Of a stretch of DNA of 60,163 nt, positions 40,550 to 49,894 are shown piece by piece. The notes under the pieces are model-generated. The model was not told where the DNA came from. It ran no database searches and was given only the letters and a program-made list of their open reading frames with translations. The stretch's first letter is position 1, and every line of letters begins with the position of its first letter. Both the position numbers and the translations under genes were made by a program. Origin of the DNA: a virus; the IMG/VR virus record IMGVR_UViG_3300012090_000001, positions 1-60,163 of that record. One strand, 5' to 3'.

Positions 40550-41947
40550 GTGGCCGGAAAGGGGCTTTGGATGTGGGACAACCGACGAAAGTCGATGGGG
40601 ACGGACGGCTCGGCCTGTGTCGCCGAGCGGATGCCGCCCCAGAACCTGGACGCCGAGCGCGGCGTGTTGGGCGGGTGCCTGCTGGACGCCGAGGTGATCG
40701 ACGACGTGATCGCGATGCTCCGGCCCGAGGACTTCTACCGCGACGCCCATCAGATCATGTTCCGGCGGATCATCGAACTTCGCGGCCGGGGCGAGCCGGT
40801 CGACGCCGTGACGCTGGGGGCCGAACTGGAGCGGACGGGGGAGATCGACGAGATCGGCGGCGACGACAGCCTTTCGACCGTCGCCAACAGCGTCCCGCAC
40901 GCCGCCAACGCCCGGTATCACGCCGAGATCGTCCGGCAGAAGGCCCAGACGCGGGTTCTGATCCAGGCCGCGTCCGAGATCATCACCGACGGCTACTCAA
41001 ACCTGATGACCGCGACGGAACTCGTGTCGTCGGCCGAGTCCAAGATTTTCGCCGTGCGGGATCGGGAGATCATCGGGACGGCTCGGACGACGTGCGACCT
41101 GATCGGCGAGACGATGGAGGCGATCGAGCAGCGCGGTTCGGGGACGGTGACGGGGATCGCGACCGGGCTGATCGACCTGGACGACATGCTCGGCGGCTTC
41201 AAGGGCGGGGAGATGACGATCGTCGGGGCCCGGCCGAGCCAGGGCAAGACGGCCCTCGGGCTCAGGGTCGCGATGGGGGCGGCTAAGGATTACCGCCAGC
41301 CGGTGCTTTTCGCCTCGATCGAGATGAACCACGCCTCGCTGATGAACCGCATCCTTTCGGCCGAGGCCCGCGTCGACAGCCGGCGGATCGAGCGCAACCG
41401 GGGCAGTTACGTCCTCACCGACAAGGACCGCCTCGGGTTGAACCAGGCCGCCTACCGCCTCGCCAACGCACGGCTCGTGATCGACGACGCCCCGATGCAG
41501 AGTGTCGGCCGAATCGTCGCGACCGCCCGCCGGCTCAAGCGTCGGGACGGGCTCTCGATGGTGCTGGTCGACTACCTCGGCCTGATCGACGGCGAGCGTC
41601 GGCATGGGGAGAGCCGGCAGGAAGAGGTCGCCAGGATCAGCAAGGGGCTGAAGGCCGGAGCACGCGAGACCGGCGTCCCTTGGATCGTCCTGCACCAGCT
41701 CAACCGCGAATCCGAGAAGCGCGGCGACAAGCGGCCGTGCTTGGCCGACCTTCGCGAGTCGGGCCAGATCGAGGCCGACGCCGACGTGGTGATCCTGCTC
41801 CACCGGCCGGCTTACTACGACCCGAACGACAAGCCGGGCGTCGCCGAGATCATCGTCGCCAAGAACCGCAACGGGCCGACCGGGGCCGTCGAGTTGCTGT
41901 TCGAGGGGTTCTGTACGCGGTTCGACAACGTGAGTTCACGCTTCTGA
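40550..41947 (+). CDS. dnaB: Replicative DNA helicase DnaB (465 aa)
   Basis: PPQNLDAERGVLGGCLLD N-domain, Walker A GARPSQGKTALGL, LVDYLGL, DLRESGQIEADADVV motifs. Confidence 0.9.
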   Translation: MAGKGLWMWDNRRKSMGTDGSACVAERMPPQNLDAERGVLGGCLLDAEVIDDVIAMLRPEDFYRDAHQIMFRRIIELRGRGEPVDAVTLGAELERTGEIDEIGGDDSLSTVANSVPHAANARYHAEIVRQKAQTRVLIQAASEIITDGYSNLMTATELVSSAESKIFAVRDREIIGTARTTCDLIGETMEAIEQRGSGTVTGIATGLIDLDDMLGGFKGGEMTIVGARPSQGKTALGLRVAMGAAKDYRQPVLFASIEMNHASLMNRILSAEARVDSRRIERNRGSYVLTDKDRLGLNQAAYRLANARLVIDDAPMQSVGRIVATARRLKRRDGLSMVLVDYLGLIDGERRHGESRQEEVARISKGLKAGARETGVPWIVLHQLNRESEKRGDKRPCLADLRESGQIEADADVVILLHRPAYYDPNDKPGVAEIIVAKNRNGPTGAVELLFEGFCTRFDNVSSRF

Positions 41948-42014
41948 ATCTGCTACTGCATAAGGTTTTAGGTGAAGGTCTGAAATCATCCTCAAGCGGA
42001 GAACATGACGAGCC

Positions 42015-42272
42015 ATGACAGCCAAAGTACCCAAGATCCGATCCACCGGCCTCGCCACGACGAAGTCCAAGACGGACCTCACCCCGTACGACCTCGTCAC
42101 CGCCGCCGGCATGGCGTGCGAACAAGCCAGGGCCGCGACGACGGCCGTCGCTAAAGACATCCACTACGACCGGGCCGAACGGTTCTTGCGAGCCGCAGAC
42201 GTGATGCGGGGATTGGATCACGAGCCCGGCTATGAATTCCGCCCGCTGGCCGCGAGGGGGACCAAGTCGTGA
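42015..42272 (+). CDS. Hypothetical protein (85 aa)
   Basis: ORF track. Confidence 0.6.
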   Translation: MTAKVPKIRSTGLATTKSKTDLTPYDLVTAAGMACEQARAATTAVAKDIHYDRAERFLRAADVMRGLDHEPGYEFRPLAARGTKS

Positions 42273-42358
42273 CCCTCTTCCAACTCTATACCGCCCTCCA
42301 CCTCTATGCGGCCTTCCTGTGGTCGCTGGGGGGAGGGCCAACGAATAAGGAGCTTTGA
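42269..42358 (+). CDS. Possible small hydrophobic peptide (29 aa)
   Basis: GTGA overlap with the upstream stop; MTLFQLYTALHLYAAFLWSLGGGPTNKEL. Confidence 0.35.
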   Translation: MTLFQLYTALHLYAAFLWSLGGGPTNKEL

Positions 42359-42422
42359 ATTACTCATGGGGAAGTACGTTCCGCCTAAGAGCGGTAATCA
42401 GACCAAGGGGAGGTGAGGGGTT

Positions 42423-43001
42423 ATGGGCAGTGACGCGACGACGACCATTGGGACGAAGCTGACCGAGGAGGCCGGACGGGACGCGATCCACGTCGCGGTG
42501 ATGGCGGTGAGGGCGATGAGGACGGTTCGCCCCGGGCAACACATCGGGATTGTCGAACCGGGATGGGCGAGCCCCGCAGTCCAGAATCTAATCGGCATCG
42601 CCGACCCGTTCCTGAGCGGCACTATCGAGACCGGCGAGTGGTTCTGGATGCTCTTGTATCCTCGGACCATCACGACCCTCCGCCACGTCTGGGAACATCC
42701 GGACGTGCCCAGCGAAGAGCAGCCGTCGACACCTACTCCGGCCCCCTCGGTAGATCCCGGCATCGACGCCCGGTCCGCCTCTTGGGGCTGGATGGACGCC
42801 TACGCCGCCGGCCTCGGCCACACCTCAACGCAGGTGATCGAGTACGCCACGCGTTATCTCGACGAAGGCGACAACCTGTGCGGCGACATCAGCCTGGACG
42901 GCACCGACATCCCCGATGGGTTCTGGGATCACTACCAGAACGTGACCGGCAGGCAGGTCGCCAATGAGGACCGGCCGTCGTGGTTCTCTTGCTCTTGCTG
43001 A
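42423..43001 (+). CDS. Hypothetical protein (192 aa)
   Basis: ORF track; GGGGAGGTGAGGGG before the ATG. Confidence 0.65.
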   Translation: MGSDATTTIGTKLTEEAGRDAIHVAVMAVRAMRTVRPGQHIGIVEPGWASPAVQNLIGIADPFLSGTIETGEWFWMLLYPRTITTLRHVWEHPDVPSEEQPSTPTPAPSVDPGIDARSASWGWMDAYAAGLGHTSTQVIEYATRYLDEGDNLCGDISLDGTDIPDGFWDHYQNVTGRQVANEDRPSWFSCSC

Positions 43002-43014
43002 GGAGCCTCGCTCA

Positions 43015-43875
43015 ATGCCTGACGAGCCGATCTACCACCGATGCCATTACGGCTATCGCATTAAGGAACGATACTTCGACCATCACGGTCGGCCCCGCGT
43101 CATCCTCAACGCCTTCGACAGCGGCAAGCCGGGCGACGTCGATGTTCCATTCGAGGAGTTCGACTCCGACTTCTACGACTCCAGCCAAGCCGAGAAGCAG
43201 AGGCGGGTCGACAAGGCTGTGCATGGCGAAGAACCCGAGTCGAGGCTTGATCCAGAGACGTTGGCCGCGACTCTCTACGACGCGTTCCGGTGGCGTCAGG
43301 GCCGTCACTTCGTGCCCTGGATCGGCCTCGACGGCGACGTCCGCAGCCTCCACATCGACATCGTCACAGATGCGATCGAGGCCGGGGCCAACGAAGCCAA
43401 GGCGGAAGCCGAAGCCCCCTCCACCCCCGTTACCCCCTCTCTCGTGCTCTCGGACGCCGAGGTGGAGGCGTTGGCGAAGGAGGCGTACGAGAAGGGCCAA
43501 GAGGCGTACAAGAAATCCGTGTCGATCGCGGATAGCCACATCAGGTGCAAAGCCTGGGAAGAATGCCGCTGGGCTGAACGGCAGTTTCACATCGCCGTCG
43601 TGCGCCACGTCATCAATCTTGAGGCCGCGGCCCGGCCGGCGGTGAAGACGAGGGTGGGGCAGTGGGTGCCCGCCAAGTACATCAACGGAGAGTATCCGAT
43701 CGCACCTAGCGACAGGGTCTTCTGCGTCGATGACGTCGACGGCAACAGCCCCAATTTCAGGGTCGAGTTCGAGGTCTACAGCTACGGATCGGGCTTCGTA
43801 AAGGGAGGCTGCTGCTCTCGTGAAGCCTGGGACGCCGCCGTTGCTCGGGCCGCCGAGGGGAGGGCGGGGGCATGA
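43015..43875 (+). CDS. Hypothetical protein (286 aa; in frame of track ORF 42964..43875)
   Basis: ATG 43015 with GAGGAG upstream. Confidence 0.65.
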   Translation: MPDEPIYHRCHYGYRIKERYFDHHGRPRVILNAFDSGKPGDVDVPFEEFDSDFYDSSQAEKQRRVDKAVHGEEPESRLDPETLAATLYDAFRWRQGRHFVPWIGLDGDVRSLHIDIVTDAIEAGANEAKAEAEAPSTPVTPSLVLSDAEVEALAKEAYEKGQEAYKKSVSIADSHIRCKAWEECRWAERQFHIAVVRHVINLEAAARPAVKTRVGQWVPAKYINGEYPIAPSDRVFCVDDVDGNSPNFRVEFEVYSYGSGFVKGGCCSREAWDAAVARAAEGRAGA

Positions 43876-44327
43876 AGGCTGTCACCCTTTGGCAACCGTG
43901 GGCGAACTACTGCGTCACGCCCTCGGAGACCGACCCAGAGCGCCCTGTCAAGCAGTATGAAACGCGGTCTTGGACGACTCGCCATCGAGGGCTGATAGCA
44001 ATACATGCGTCGAAGCGTTGGGGATGCGATCAGGCCATGAGATTCGGATTCCCTGAACTGCCGCTCGGCGCAATCGTCGGCGTAGTCGAGATCGTCGACA
44101 TGTGGGCGACAAACCTAGTCGGCTGGGTTTCGAGGCTCAGCGACGAAGAACGATCCCTCGGCGACTTCAGCCCCAACCGCTACGGCTGGGAGTTGGCCAA
44201 TCCTCGGAAGTTGGATGAGCCCATCCCATGCCGTGGAAAGCAGGGGATTTGGGTCCTCGATGCGGAGATCGAAGAGAAGTTGATGCGTCGCCTCGAACTC
44301 ATCACCACCGGGAGCACCGCTCAATGA
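43872..44327 (+). CDS. ASCH domain protein (151 aa)
   Basis: MKAVTLWQPWANYCV...ETRSWTTRHRGLIAIHASK pattern. Confidence 0.7.
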   Translation: MKAVTLWQPWANYCVTPSETDPERPVKQYETRSWTTRHRGLIAIHASKRWGCDQAMRFGFPELPLGAIVGVVEIVDMWATNLVGWVSRLSDEERSLGDFSPNRYGWELANPRKLDEPIPCRGKQGIWVLDAEIEEKLMRRLELITTGSTAQ

Positions 44328-44668
44328 CGCAATGCGATGAGTTCGCCCCGCCCATTCTTGAGGACCCCGACATCGGCCGAACGGATCACAGCCGATGGCT
44401 CCCAGGCGAGACGGACGAAACTTCCGGGTTCTCGTCGCCGTGCGGCGTCCGCAGTTACCTCCGCCAGCATCAGGCATCCAAGACGCCGTCCACCTGGAGA
44501 TCTCCTAAAAGGAGACTGCGAAGCGTCGAGCCCGATCTCGGACTGACCGAATCGCAGCGGGCCATCCTCGGCTACCAGCGGTCTCAATGGGCTCGACCTG
44601 CGGCGAAGGTCATGAAGGCTTACGGCTTCGGCCCGACCCCCAACGGCTTCAAGGGAGGGACTTACTGA
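44324..44668 (+). CDS. Hypothetical protein (114 aa)
   Basis: ATGA overlap at 44324; in frame of track ORF 44228..44668. Confidence 0.55.
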   Translation: MTQCDEFAPPILEDPDIGRTDHSRWLPGETDETSGFSSPCGVRSYLRQHQASKTPSTWRSPKRRLRSVEPDLGLTESQRAILGYQRSQWARPAAKVMKAYGFGPTPNGFKGGTY

Positions 44669-44670
44669 TC

Positions 44671-45207
44671 ATGGGTGTCTACCGAACGCCTCGCAAATAC
44701 CCGATGCGGACCACTTACGAGGCTTATCCCAGGCCGCACACCGACGTCGTGAACTGGGAGGCGGGCCACGCAGCGAGAATCCACCAGATCGAGACGGACG
44801 TGCGCCCCAACGGGGCCGTCTACTCCGTCTCCGACCTCCGCCGTCACTGCACGGCAACCGCCCTCTGCGGGAGGGTCGTCCGGTTCGACCGCCACGTCAT
44901 CGGATACGCGTTGTTCTACCTCCGGCCCCAGTCCGTCGAGATCCACCGCATCGGGGTCGACCCCGAATGGCAGGGGCAGAAGATCGGCCGTTATCTAGTC
45001 CGAACGCTCTATGACGAGTTCCTCGACTGGAACCGTCCCCGGCTCTATCTCGATCTCATGGAGTCGACCGTAGCGGCCCATGAGGAGTGGGCGCTGAAGG
45101 CTTGCCATCGGCTCTCCCGCCTCGGCTTCAGTTCGGCCGTGGCCGCGACGGCGTCCGGCCCGGCCTGGCGGTTTACGCGGCGGTTCGATCCCACGAGGGC
45201 GGCGTAA
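44671..45207 (+). CDS. GNAT-family N-acetyltransferase (178 aa)
   Basis: IHRIGVDPEWQGQKIGRYLV acetyl-CoA binding motif; AAGGGAGGGA upstream. Confidence 0.7.
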   Translation: MGVYRTPRKYPMRTTYEAYPRPHTDVVNWEAGHAARIHQIETDVRPNGAVYSVSDLRRHCTATALCGRVVRFDRHVIGYALFYLRPQSVEIHRIGVDPEWQGQKIGRYLVRTLYDEFLDWNRPRLYLDLMESTVAAHEEWALKACHRLSRLGFSSAVAATASGPAWRFTRRFDPTRAA

Positions 45208-45220
45208 GGAGGAGACGCAG

Positions 45221-45451
45221 ATGACGCTGGACGAGGCCGTGAAGGTGCTCAACGAAATGCAGCACCTCGGCGCAGATGACTGGAAGGTTACGGCGATCGA
45301 GTTCTCCGACGGAACTTACTCGCACGTTGCCAGCCGGATGCTCAGCGGTTGGGGAATCGACGGCGACGCCGCGGTTGAACTTGCGAAGGATATGGAGCTT
45401 ACCTCCGCCGCCGGCGGCTCCGGGAGAGGAGGGACGAAGTCCTATGAGTAA
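45221..45451 (+). CDS. Hypothetical protein, member 2 of LN-helix paralog family (76 aa)
   Basis: MTLDEAVKVLNEMQHLG...DAAVELAKDME. Confidence 0.6.
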   Translation: MTLDEAVKVLNEMQHLGADDWKVTAIEFSDGTYSHVASRMLSGWGIDGDAAVELAKDMELTSAAGGSGRGGTKSYE

Positions 45452-46091
45452 GGCTGCAACGAAACGCCGGTCGCTCGTCCTGCGGCCCCACGAGGCGAAC
45501 GCATTGGCGAAGCACGGCCGGGTCCTCATCGTGCGGGAGGTCAAGCCGCAGCCTGAGCCGCCGCGAGCGATCTACTCGTTGCCCGACGCAGACACCGCCA
45601 TCACCCCGAAGCTCATGTTGGCCTGCAGTCCCTACAACCCTGAGCCGAGGACCGCACTCGGCTGGACATGGGAGATGACGCGGCTCGGAAGTGTTGAAGC
45701 CCGTCGCTGCGACTCGGAAACCTACAAGACCGTTTGCCCGTTCGGCAAACCCGGAGACCTCCTCGTCGGTAAGGAGAAGTGGGCCTGGGATTACGACAAC
45801 GGGTGGGTAGTTTACGCCGCTGACGAACCGGCTGGCGATTGGTCGTCCGCCTGGTGCTCAGGGTCGCAGATGCGAGAGATCTACAGCCGTTTCCCCTCGC
45901 TCCTTGTCGAGTCAATCGAGGTAAGACGTTCCTACGAAGTGACCCGAGAGGAAGCGACGTCGCTGGGCTGGCAGCCCGTGAACCATTGCGACGAACGCGG
46001 ATGCCACTGCTACACGACCTGGGTGGAAAGGCTGGCGGGCAAAGGATGGTGCTGGTTCGCCGCCGTGAAGGTCGGAGGCGACTCCCGATGA
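45444..46091 (+). CDS. Hypothetical protein (215 aa), possibly ASCH/PUA-like
   Basis: ATG 45444 in frame of track ORF 45276..46091; CPFGKPGDLLVGKEKWAW motif. Confidence 0.6.
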   Translation: MSKAATKRRSLVLRPHEANALAKHGRVLIVREVKPQPEPPRAIYSLPDADTAITPKLMLACSPYNPEPRTALGWTWEMTRLGSVEARRCDSETYKTVCPFGKPGDLLVGKEKWAWDYDNGWVVYAADEPAGDWSSAWCSGSQMREIYSRFPSLLVESIEVRRSYEVTREEATSLGWQPVNHCDERGCHCYTTWVERLAGKGWCWFAAVKVGGDSR

Positions 46092-46456
46092 GCAGCGACG
46101 CCACCTCAACCCTCACCATCGACGGCTGGCGCCCCGCCCGACTCAACCAGTACGTGGGCCGCCACTGGAGCGTCGGGCACCGGATGAAGCGGACCGACAA
46201 CCGCACGCTATGGATTGCCACCCAAGCCCAACAGACCCCCAAGGCCGCCGGCAAGCGTCGCATATCGATCCACGTCGTGCTCAGCGGACGACAGAAAGAA
46301 TCCGATCCCGACTCGATGTGGAAGAGCCTGCTCGACGCCTGCGTGAAGTGCGGCCTCCTCGTCGACGACTCCCCCCGCTACTGCGAATTGGGGCCCGTCA
46401 CCTTCGCACGCGGCAAGCAAACACGAACTGAAATCACCCTGGAGGACCTGCCTTGA
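46088..46456 (+). CDS. rusA: RusA-type Holliday junction resolvase (122 aa)
   Basis: ...RRISIHVVL...SDPDSMWKSLLDACVKCGLLVDDSPRY; ATGA overlap. Confidence 0.8.
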   Translation: MSSDATSTLTIDGWRPARLNQYVGRHWSVGHRMKRTDNRTLWIATQAQQTPKAAGKRRISIHVVLSGRQKESDPDSMWKSLLDACVKCGLLVDDSPRYCELGPVTFARGKQTRTEITLEDLP

Positions 46457-46665
46457 GACTGCCCTTAGTGAGTCGACTGTTGGACCGCCTGACGTCGGGG
46501 ACACCCGTCGAGCACGCATTGAAGATCCTGAATGAGAAGGAGTATTTGGGGTGCGCTGTGTGGGAAGCCACCAGCGCCGGCGTGTTTGGGAATCACGGCC
46601 ATTTTCTGTCCGCCACCGAGGCCGTTCGTATCGCGGGGAAGCTCGAGAGGGGGGAAGAGGTATGA
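46453..46665 (+). CDS. Hypothetical protein, member 3 of LN-helix paralog family (70 aa, TTG start)
   Basis: VEHALKILNEKEYLG...SATEAVRIAGKLE. Confidence 0.5.
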   Translation: MRLPLVSRLLDRLTSGTPVEHALKILNEKEYLGCAVWEATSAGVFGNHGHFLSATEAVRIAGKLERGEEV

Positions 46666-46862
46666 GCGAGGACCGATGGCAATCGCTCTTGTCGTACTTG
46701 ATGGCTTCGGGGCTGATCTTTTGGCTCGGAGCCGCCCTTCTGACGTGGAACATCCTGCGAAGGATCGAACTCGCGGAGCAGTACATCGTCCGCAGGATCG
46801 ACCGTCTTGAACAACGGTTGATGGATATGAATGCACGCGGGAATTCGGAGGCGAACCGATGA
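46662..46862 (+). CDS. Small membrane protein (66 aa)
   Basis: ATGA overlap; WQSLLSYLMASGLIFWLGAALLTWNIL. Confidence 0.55.
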   Translation: MSEDRWQSLLSYLMASGLIFWLGAALLTWNILRRIELAEQYIVRRIDRLEQRLMDMNARGNSEANR

Positions 46863-47230
46863 GCGACGAAGCACTGGCAAGGGATTTCGAGAAGCGTCAG
46901 CTCCGCTGGGGTCTCGACTGGATCGGCGACGAGATCCAGCGAGTCAACAACGCCAACGGGTGGGATGGCCTCGATCCCGAATCGTGGGATCGCGAGGACA
47001 AGAAACACCGCATTCCCAGCAAGCTCGCCCTCCTTCACAGCGAGGTCTCCGAGATGCTGGAGGCTTTCCGCAAGGGCGATAAGGACAATTTCATCGAAGA
47101 GGCTGCGGACGTCTTCATCCGCCTCATGGACATCACGCATCCGCTAGGGATGGACATCGCCTCAGCCGCCCTCTCCAAGGTCGCGAAGAACGCGGGCCGA
47201 GGGCATCGACATGGAGGGAAGCGGGTGTGA
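46859..47230 (+). CDS. mazG: MazG-like nucleotide pyrophosphohydrolase (123 aa)
   Basis: KLALLHSEVSEMLEAFRKGD...FIEEAADVFIRLMD. Confidence 0.8.
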   Translation: MSDEALARDFEKRQLRWGLDWIGDEIQRVNNANGWDGLDPESWDREDKKHRIPSKLALLHSEVSEMLEAFRKGDKDNFIEEAADVFIRLMDITHPLGMDIASAALSKVAKNAGRGHRHGGKRV

Positions 47231-47328
47231 GCCACTTCGACATCGACTCGTTCATGCTGGGGCTGATTTTAGGGCAAATCATAATGTTTGTCCTCGCCAC
47301 GTTGACCTTGCGCAGGAAAGAGGACTGA
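47227..47328 (+). CDS. Possible small membrane peptide (33 aa)
   Basis: GTGA overlap; MSHFDIDSFMLGLILGQIIMFVLATLTLRRKED. Confidence 0.4.
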   Translation: MSHFDIDSFMLGLILGQIIMFVLATLTLRRKED

Positions 47329-47332
47329 TCTG

Positions 47333-47698
47333 ATGGCCTACGAAGATATGTCGCCGCTGTCGAAGGTCGACGACGCCGATCTCGACACTCGTTCCCACAA
47401 GAGCCTCGTTGCCGAGATCGTGCTGTTCCGCAAGGCCCTTCGCTACTGCCTCAGCCAGGACGGCGACGACAACTGCTGGATGGACTACCGCCATCTCTTG
47501 ATGAGATTCCTGCCCGGCTACGACCCCGCCAAGGACGACGTGCGGCTGGACAAGGATCAGTTGATCAACTGCCGCAACTTTATCAACTGCTGGCAGAAGG
47601 ACGAGCCCTGGGACTGCCTCGGCGGAGACAAGGGTAAGACGGTGCCGGCTCGCTCGATAGGCACCCTCGATTGCCTGAAAGATCAAGACAACACATGA
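47333..47698 (+). CDS. Hypothetical protein (121 aa)
   Basis: ORF track. Confidence 0.6.
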   Translation: MAYEDMSPLSKVDDADLDTRSHKSLVAEIVLFRKALRYCLSQDGDDNCWMDYRHLLMRFLPGYDPAKDDVRLDKDQLINCRNFINCWQKDEPWDCLGGDKGKTVPARSIGTLDCLKDQDNT

Positions 47699-47979
47699 AC
47701 GCCGACCCCGACGACATAGCCACGATCGATCTGAGCCCAAAGGCAGGGGCGGAGGTTGAGGCGAAGCCTAAAGCTCATCGCCCTCTTTCCCCCGCCGACC
47801 TTGCCGACTACACGCCGGCGATGCTGGCGATGTTGTTGAGATCGATCTCATACGGCGGCTTCTCCAACTGGTGGCCGGCGAGGCACGAGGGCAAGTGCGT
47901 GGGCTATCTCGCGGGGAACGGGGCGGCATTTGTGCGGGCAGAGAAGGTGGTTGACATCATCGTCAAGGGGGAGAGATGA
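47695..47979 (+). CDS. Hypothetical protein (94 aa)
   Basis: ATGA overlap at 47695. Confidence 0.55.
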   Translation: MNADPDDIATIDLSPKAGAEVEAKPKAHRPLSPADLADYTPAMLAMLLRSISYGGFSNWWPARHEGKCVGYLAGNGAAFVRAEKVVDIIVKGER

Positions 47980-48377
47980 GTGAATCCGAGGCCAAGTGCG
48001 GCTCCTGCAACGGCTACGCAGTGCACACGAGACTGAGGCGGTCGGGCCGGAGGGAGTTCTACGTCACGTCCTGCGCCGAGTGCGGCGTCACTGGGCCTAG
48101 GGCTTCAGATCGCGAGGCGTCGATCTCCGGGTGGAACCGACTGTGGAATCGGCCATTGCAAGTCGGGCCGAGGTTGAGGTTGTCCAAAGAGCCGCCCGAG
48201 TCGGCCGGGCTCTGGTTTATGAAGTTCGATTCCGGCGACGGCTACCTCTTGGAAACCGCAACCCGCGTCGAACAGCGATACCTCAAGGAGTTTCGCCGGC
48301 GGGCTGCTGGCGAGGGTTGGACATTTGCATTGATCCCCGAGCCCGTCGACGAAAGCGAGGCGACGTCCGATGAGTGA
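47976..48377 (+). CDS. Lar-family-like zinc-ribbon protein, paralog 2 (133 aa)
   Basis: KCGSCNG...SCAECGVTGP...EASISGWNRLW. Confidence 0.65.
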   Translation: MSESEAKCGSCNGYAVHTRLRRSGRREFYVTSCAECGVTGPRASDREASISGWNRLWNRPLQVGPRLRLSKEPPESAGLWFMKFDSGDGYLLETATRVEQRYLKEFRRRAAGEGWTFALIPEPVDESEATSDE

Positions 48378-48660
48378 GACAACGTTAGGAGCCTGCCCGA
48401 ATCCTGAGTGCGGCAGCATGGAGATCGAACTCGACACGCAGGATGGCCAAGTGTCCTACGGATGTGCGTCCTGTGGGCTCTGGGGCCCGACCGTCGACAG
48501 TTATCACTTCCATCACAACGCCGAAGACCTCGCCCGTCGCCTGTGGAACGGCCTACCCCGCGACGAAGACACCACCAAGCCGGCCCGCTTCATGATCTCC
48601 GATCTGCCCTCGAAGCCGCCTTTCCTCAAGCTCAACGAAAGCGATGTCTGCGATGAGTGA
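48370..48660 (+). CDS. Lar-family-like zinc-ribbon protein, paralog 3 (96 aa)
   Basis: CPNPECGS...GCASCGLWGP...LARRLWN. Confidence 0.6.
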   Translation: MSETTLGACPNPECGSMEIELDTQDGQVSYGCASCGLWGPTVDSYHFHHNAEDLARRLWNGLPRDEDTTKPARFMISDLPSKPPFLKLNESDVCDE

Positions 48661-49180
48661 CCAACCGATGACGCTGGAGCGGGCGGTGGAGGTGCTGAAT
48701 AAGCACAAGTTCCACGACGGGACGCATGGCGAATGGGAAGAGAATTGGATGTGGCGTACCTACGGCATGAAGGTGGTTCATTTGCTTTACCTCCAGCCGA
48801 ACTGCATGCCTGTCCTCCAGAAGCTTGATTCATTCTCTGCTGTTGCGGTTGCCGAGAAGCTCGAACGCCAAGCCAAGTCGGCGATCGCCCTTGAGAGTCT
48901 TGATCGGCGTCTCTTCCTTGAAGCCGGCGGCTACCCGAGAGAGGACGCCCACCCTACCGTCACGGCTGCCTTCCTCAAAGCCGCCGACATCGAAGCCGAA
49001 CACGGAGGCGTAATCGCCGGCACCCACCTTGCCTCGCCCACGCTGGTCGAAGAAGCGAACGCGGTCGTTGAGATACTTTGCGAGACCACGAAACACATCG
49101 ATTCGACCACTGATTACAAACTGGCCGATTGCATTCGTCGCCTCCGTGCGGCCCTGGCGAAGGAGACTCACTCATCATGA
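48644..49180 (+). CDS. Hypothetical protein, member 4 of LN-helix paralog family (178 aa; alternative start 48653)
   Basis: MTLERAVEVLNKHKF...FSAVAVAEKLE. Confidence 0.6.
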   Translation: MSAMSDQPMTLERAVEVLNKHKFHDGTHGEWEENWMWRTYGMKVVHLLYLQPNCMPVLQKLDSFSAVAVAEKLERQAKSAIALESLDRRLFLEAGGYPREDAHPTVTAAFLKAADIEAEHGGVIAGTHLASPTLVEEANAVVEILCETTKHIDSTTDYKLADCIRRLRAALAKETHSS

Positions 49181-49335
49181 CCATTGCCATGCTCGCGGTT
49201 TACGTCCTCGCTGCAATCCTCTTCGCCCCGCGTCTCTCCACCGCGAGCGTATGGGATCGGATCTATGTCGCGTCAGGGATGGCGGCGCTGCTGATCGTCA
49301 CCGCGTGCTTCGATCTCTGCTGGATTGGGGGCTGA
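49177..49335 (+). CDS. Small two-TM membrane protein (52 aa)
   Basis: ATGA overlap; MTIAMLAVYVLAAILFAP...GMAALLIVTACFDLCWI. Confidence 0.5.
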   Translation: MTIAMLAVYVLAAILFAPRLSTASVWDRIYVASGMAALLIVTACFDLCWIGG

Positions 49336-49340
49336 GGGCC

Positions 49341-49529
49341 ATGACGCTACGGGAATACGCCTCGCTCCTCGCCTCCACGATCCGCTGGCGTCTCCGTCGC
49401 TGGCGGGGCATGCCGAAGTGCTCGGTTTGCGGCTCCCGAGACGTGGACGCGGAAGTCATCTGCGGCGTGCGTCGGGTCGTCTCGTGCCAGGCCTGCCACA
49501 CATGGTTCGGATGGGGGAAAAGGCCATGA
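49341..49529 (+). CDS. Zinc-ribbon small protein (62 aa)
   Basis: KCSVCGS...SCQACH; ATG 49341 in frame of track ORF 49029..49529. Confidence 0.5.
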   Translation: MTLREYASLLASTIRWRLRRWRGMPKCSVCGSRDVDAEVICGVRRVVSCQACHTWFGWGKRP

Positions 49530-49894
49530 GCGATGATCCCAAGACAAACCCGGTGCCGTGTGGGGCGTGCAAGCGAATCCCCCGCTACTGGAACTGGTGC
49601 GACGGCGGGGCACACATTACCTGCGACTGCGGCGTCAGCGGGCCGGCTGTGGCCGATGCCGAAGGCTTCGATGACTGCGTCCCCGCTTGGAACCGCATGT
49701 GGGACACCTCTAAGCCTGCTACCAGGAAGGTTCTTGAGCGGGCGGCATGGTTCCTTGGTTCGGCCCGGCGCAACGGCTTCCTGAACCTCAAGATCATCTT
49801 CTTTCACAGCAGGCCGGACGACTGCGAGTACTACGAGTTATTCCAGGATCTGGAAGACATGTGCCGCGAGAACGGTATTCAGGTGCCACGATGA
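49526..49894 (+). CDS. Lar-family-like zinc-ribbon protein, paralog 4 (122 aa)
   Basis: PCGACK...CDCGVSGP...CVPAWNRMW; ATGA overlap. Confidence 0.65.
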   Translation: MSDDPKTNPVPCGACKRIPRYWNWCDGGAHITCDCGVSGPAVADAEGFDDCVPAWNRMWDTSKPATRKVLERAAWFLGSARRNGFLNLKIIFFHSRPDDCEYYELFQDLEDMCRENGIQVPR

